The notes under the pieces were generated by a model. That model made no database searches, was not told the origin of the DNA, and saw nothing but the letters and a program-made list of their open reading frames with translations. Below, one piece after another: positions 60,893 to 64,000 of a stretch of 64,000 nucleotides of DNA. Every line of letters begins with the position of its first letter. The first letter of the stretch is position 1. The stretch comes from Lingula anatina (taxonomy: Eukaryota; Animalia; Brachiopoda): assembly GCA_051362555.1 (NCBI GenBank), contig CM120640.1:42076788-42140787 (forward strand). Reading direction: 5' to 3'. Made by a program: the position numbers and the translations under genes.

Positions 60893-63874
60893 ATGCAGTT
60901 TTCTACTGCTGGGGGACATGTAGCAGGCGCAGTGCTGCTGGCAGCTGTGGTGGCGTGGTTGGTTTGCAGTGTGAGTTCTAATACACGAGGTAAGCAAATA
61001 ACGGTTACCCTTGAAGGATGTCCACAAACTGATAAAAAACGCTGATTTATGTGGATAATATTTTGGTCGCTGCACGTCATATTTTACAATCTTTACACTA
61101 ACAGGCTTTAAAAAGGATAAATTGGTCATTAATGTCCACTCTGCACGGAGATACAACATTACAAACTGCAATCGTGCATGTAAATAATGACCATGTAGCT
61201 CTCAATAGACGAGAATGATTGAATAAATCGAAGTTTACATTTTTGACGTAAAAACATCTTTTTCTGAACTTAGTCGGTTGTGGAGTTCGACACCTCCAAC
61301 GTCCAAGGAGAATTATCGGGGGACAAGCTTCGCTTCCTCATTCCTGGCCGTGGATGACACATATTAAGTTGGGGAATTCCGGAGACCCGTGTGCCGGGTC
61401 CTGTGGAGGAAGCCTCATTGCGCCCCAATGGGTACTTACAGCAGCACATTGCTTGTACACGGCGTGAGTACTTACTTTGAACTTAACTATTTGATGATGA
61501 TTTTTGTCCTCCTCTTAAGGAAGATATTGTGTTATGCTTAATTAATATTTATGTCGCTCTGGGTATAGATAATGATAGACTTTAAGGGGCTCCATACGAA
61601 GGATCTTTTTTTGATCTGTTTGAATAATGTGGATCAACATTGCCTTGTTACTGTATGAGACAATGCTGCCACATCAGAAGTACAATTGAGGGACTCGTAT
61701 CTCCTGAACAATATTATGTCAAACGATTCCACCGAATTTGAGTTCCCACCACCCAGTTCTTAGACGTCACCCAAGTCAATTTTCTTGATAAAATCTTAAA
61801 GAATTACGTCGGAAGCCGACCACTATCTCAGACCAATTTATGACGCAGAAAGATTGATGGTAATTTAACGCATGATCCTTATGTGTGTAGAAGCGCAAGG
61901 GTCGGTGAAAGCAAAACACATAATTGACAAAATGTGACTTTCATTTTTTTACTGTGGTTAGCTAATGCATAGTTTGTACGATCAGTAGAATTTTGTAAAA
62001 AAAAATACTTCAGATCGGAGAGGTTGAATAAAAATATTGGTTTATGACTTGATTTTCTATTTCATTTTCTCTTTGCATTAGGGGTGACACTTTTTTTGTA
62101 CATATTGTAGGGATTATACCTTTTACCAAAGAATATATTTTTATAGTATATTTTATATAAAAGAAACACGGAAAAAAACATTTTGCCAAATGTAGACATA
62201 ACTTATCGAATGCCCTGAAAGGGTGGAATTTCGTTCTTGACAGCCGATTGTTAAAAATAAGGCTCATTTATATCTATCGATTTTTTGGCGGATATGCGTT
62301 TTTTCACTTACATTTTTACTTTTGTGACTTAGCCAATTGTTACTGCTAGAAATTCATTTTTAATTTTTGCAAGTGTTACAACTTTTATTGTAATCGATAT
62401 GGACTAGGTTACATGTATGAACAAAAGAATCACTTGCGTCAGAAGTAAAAGGCCAAGGCGTTATCAGCGTGCTGGGCTCCACTTGCGTTTTCGTAATCTA
62501 CTTACAGAAAGACGTGTAGCTCATACCGAAAATGGAAATTGTCGGAAATTTCAGTCTACCTTGGTCTCCATGATACGGACAACCTAGCATCAGCCGTGCA
62601 CAGACGCGTAGAGCGGACAATCCCTTTTCCGCGATACGACAATTCAGCCCACGATTACGATGTAGCATTGCTACAGCTGTCTGCTGCAGTGCGGTATCGT
62701 GAAGAGGTTAGTCATGTCTGTCTGGCCGAAGAATCCACCGAAATAAATGATAGAGACCAGTGCTTGGTAATTGGACGTGGAACAGTGAACGTATGGCGTA
62801 TGTATCCGTTCTTAGAGTACAAGTGATACAAGTGATATCGAATTAATTTTGCTATCTTATTCCTAAATTAGATGCCTTTGAATTAGAAATGTTACGTACA
62901 TTTGAATAGGATGGATTATGGAAAGTGCGGTTTTGTCCTTTTATCGTGGAAGAATGAAATGAGTTAAGAATAGGACGGACGAATATAATTGGAACGCATA
63001 GAAATGTATTTGAAATTGTATCAAAGTCATAACCTATGTTGTAATTGATTTACAGCGAAATTTCCAAGTAAAATTCTAAGGGAAGCCTTCGTAGATTTTC
63101 TATCGGCAGCAGCCTGTAGAAACCAAACTCTTCATTTATCGGAAAGCATTACCGACAATATGCTGTGTGCAGCCGGAAAAGGAAGAGATGCATGTACAGT
63201 AAGACTACATGTATATATTTATAGTTATGAGTGTATCAAAACGTGACTATTGCTGAGTTTAATAACTGTTTGGTCGTGATGTAGTGAGCGGGAGACATTC
63301 AGTGAGAGACCATTAAAGGATTACGCAGTATTCCTTTCATGTAGGTCCGCCATATTTAGGTCTCGGCCTTGCTAGACCTCGGCTCTACTCGATGTGAATG
63401 CTCTCTGTGACGCCTGAGTGGTAACAGTGATTTGACCGAGCGAAGCAAAATAGATTGAAAAATTCCGCGTTTGATATACATGTATATTCATTTTTTCTTT
63501 TTCTTTACACTGTACCTTGTAACTGTTTGGTCAGGTAGAACGACAGCATACTTAAATGTAATATATAGAACAAATTTGTAAATTCCCCCTATTGTCTGTT
63601 TCTCCTATTTTTTTACATTATTTCCTCACTCATCTCCATACAAAATGATTTCATACGAAAAGGTTCTGTGGGACTGTTCATGAAATTTGGAAAAAAACCG
63701 TTTCACTAATTTCAGGGAGATTCTGGAGGTCCACTTATGTATCAAGTCACCGCTGGTCATTGGTCAGTTTGGAAACAGATAGGGGTCGTCAGCTGGGGTG
63801 TAGGGTGCGCACACTCAAGGTATCCGGGGGTCTACACAAGTATTCCGAGGTTTTATAACTGGATAATTAGAGAG
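60893..63874 (+). CDS. Tandem paralogous trypsin-like serine protease (3'-incomplete in this window)
   Basis: Exons 60893-60989 (signal peptide), 61274-61463 (RPRR|IIGG, TAAHC), 62508-62797 (DVALL), 63056-63198 (RDACT), 63716-63874 (GDSGGP). Exon sizes 290/143/159 and phases are identical to the upstream protease. A next acceptor is likely at 63997. Confidence 0.88.
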
Positions 63875-64000
63875 GTATGTGGACAAAAGTCTTTTTCTTT
63901 AAACTGTCACAAATCATTCAGGGGTACTGATTTATCTCTTTAGTGTTGGTTTTTATATTCTTTGCATAATGCTTTTTTAAGTAAATGTTTTTAACAGATT

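Overview
This is AT-rich eukaryotic (metazoan, most likely invertebrate) genomic DNA; it has no prokaryotic features, and most short ORFs in the track are intronic noise. Four intron-containing genes were assembled by hand from splice consensus and reading-frame phase. (1) A + strand gene (CDS 1910-26907, ~1000 aa) encodes an acidic, probably disordered protein. It has N-terminal clathrin-box/DPF motifs and a family of C-terminal 'VVR..D..LP...TKNLLAKF' repeats, plus several candidate alternative first, internal and last exons. (2) A - strand tetraspanin (48658->33506 or 31674) has two duplicated alternative last exons, and only one of them ends in a PDZ-binding motif. (3) A + strand secreted trypsin-like serine protease (51392-59419, 701 aa) has the catalytic domain first, followed by EGF/EGF-Ca/Sushi/HYR modules joined through a 16-nt micro-exon with a GC donor. 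(4) A tandem paralogue of that protease starts at 60893 and runs off the window end. Introns and spacers contain a Tc1 remnant, tandem HINE/pearl-like elements, nested MITEs, R4/Dong-like and RTE-like LINE remnants and microsatellites. All exon models are predictions with no transcript evidence.
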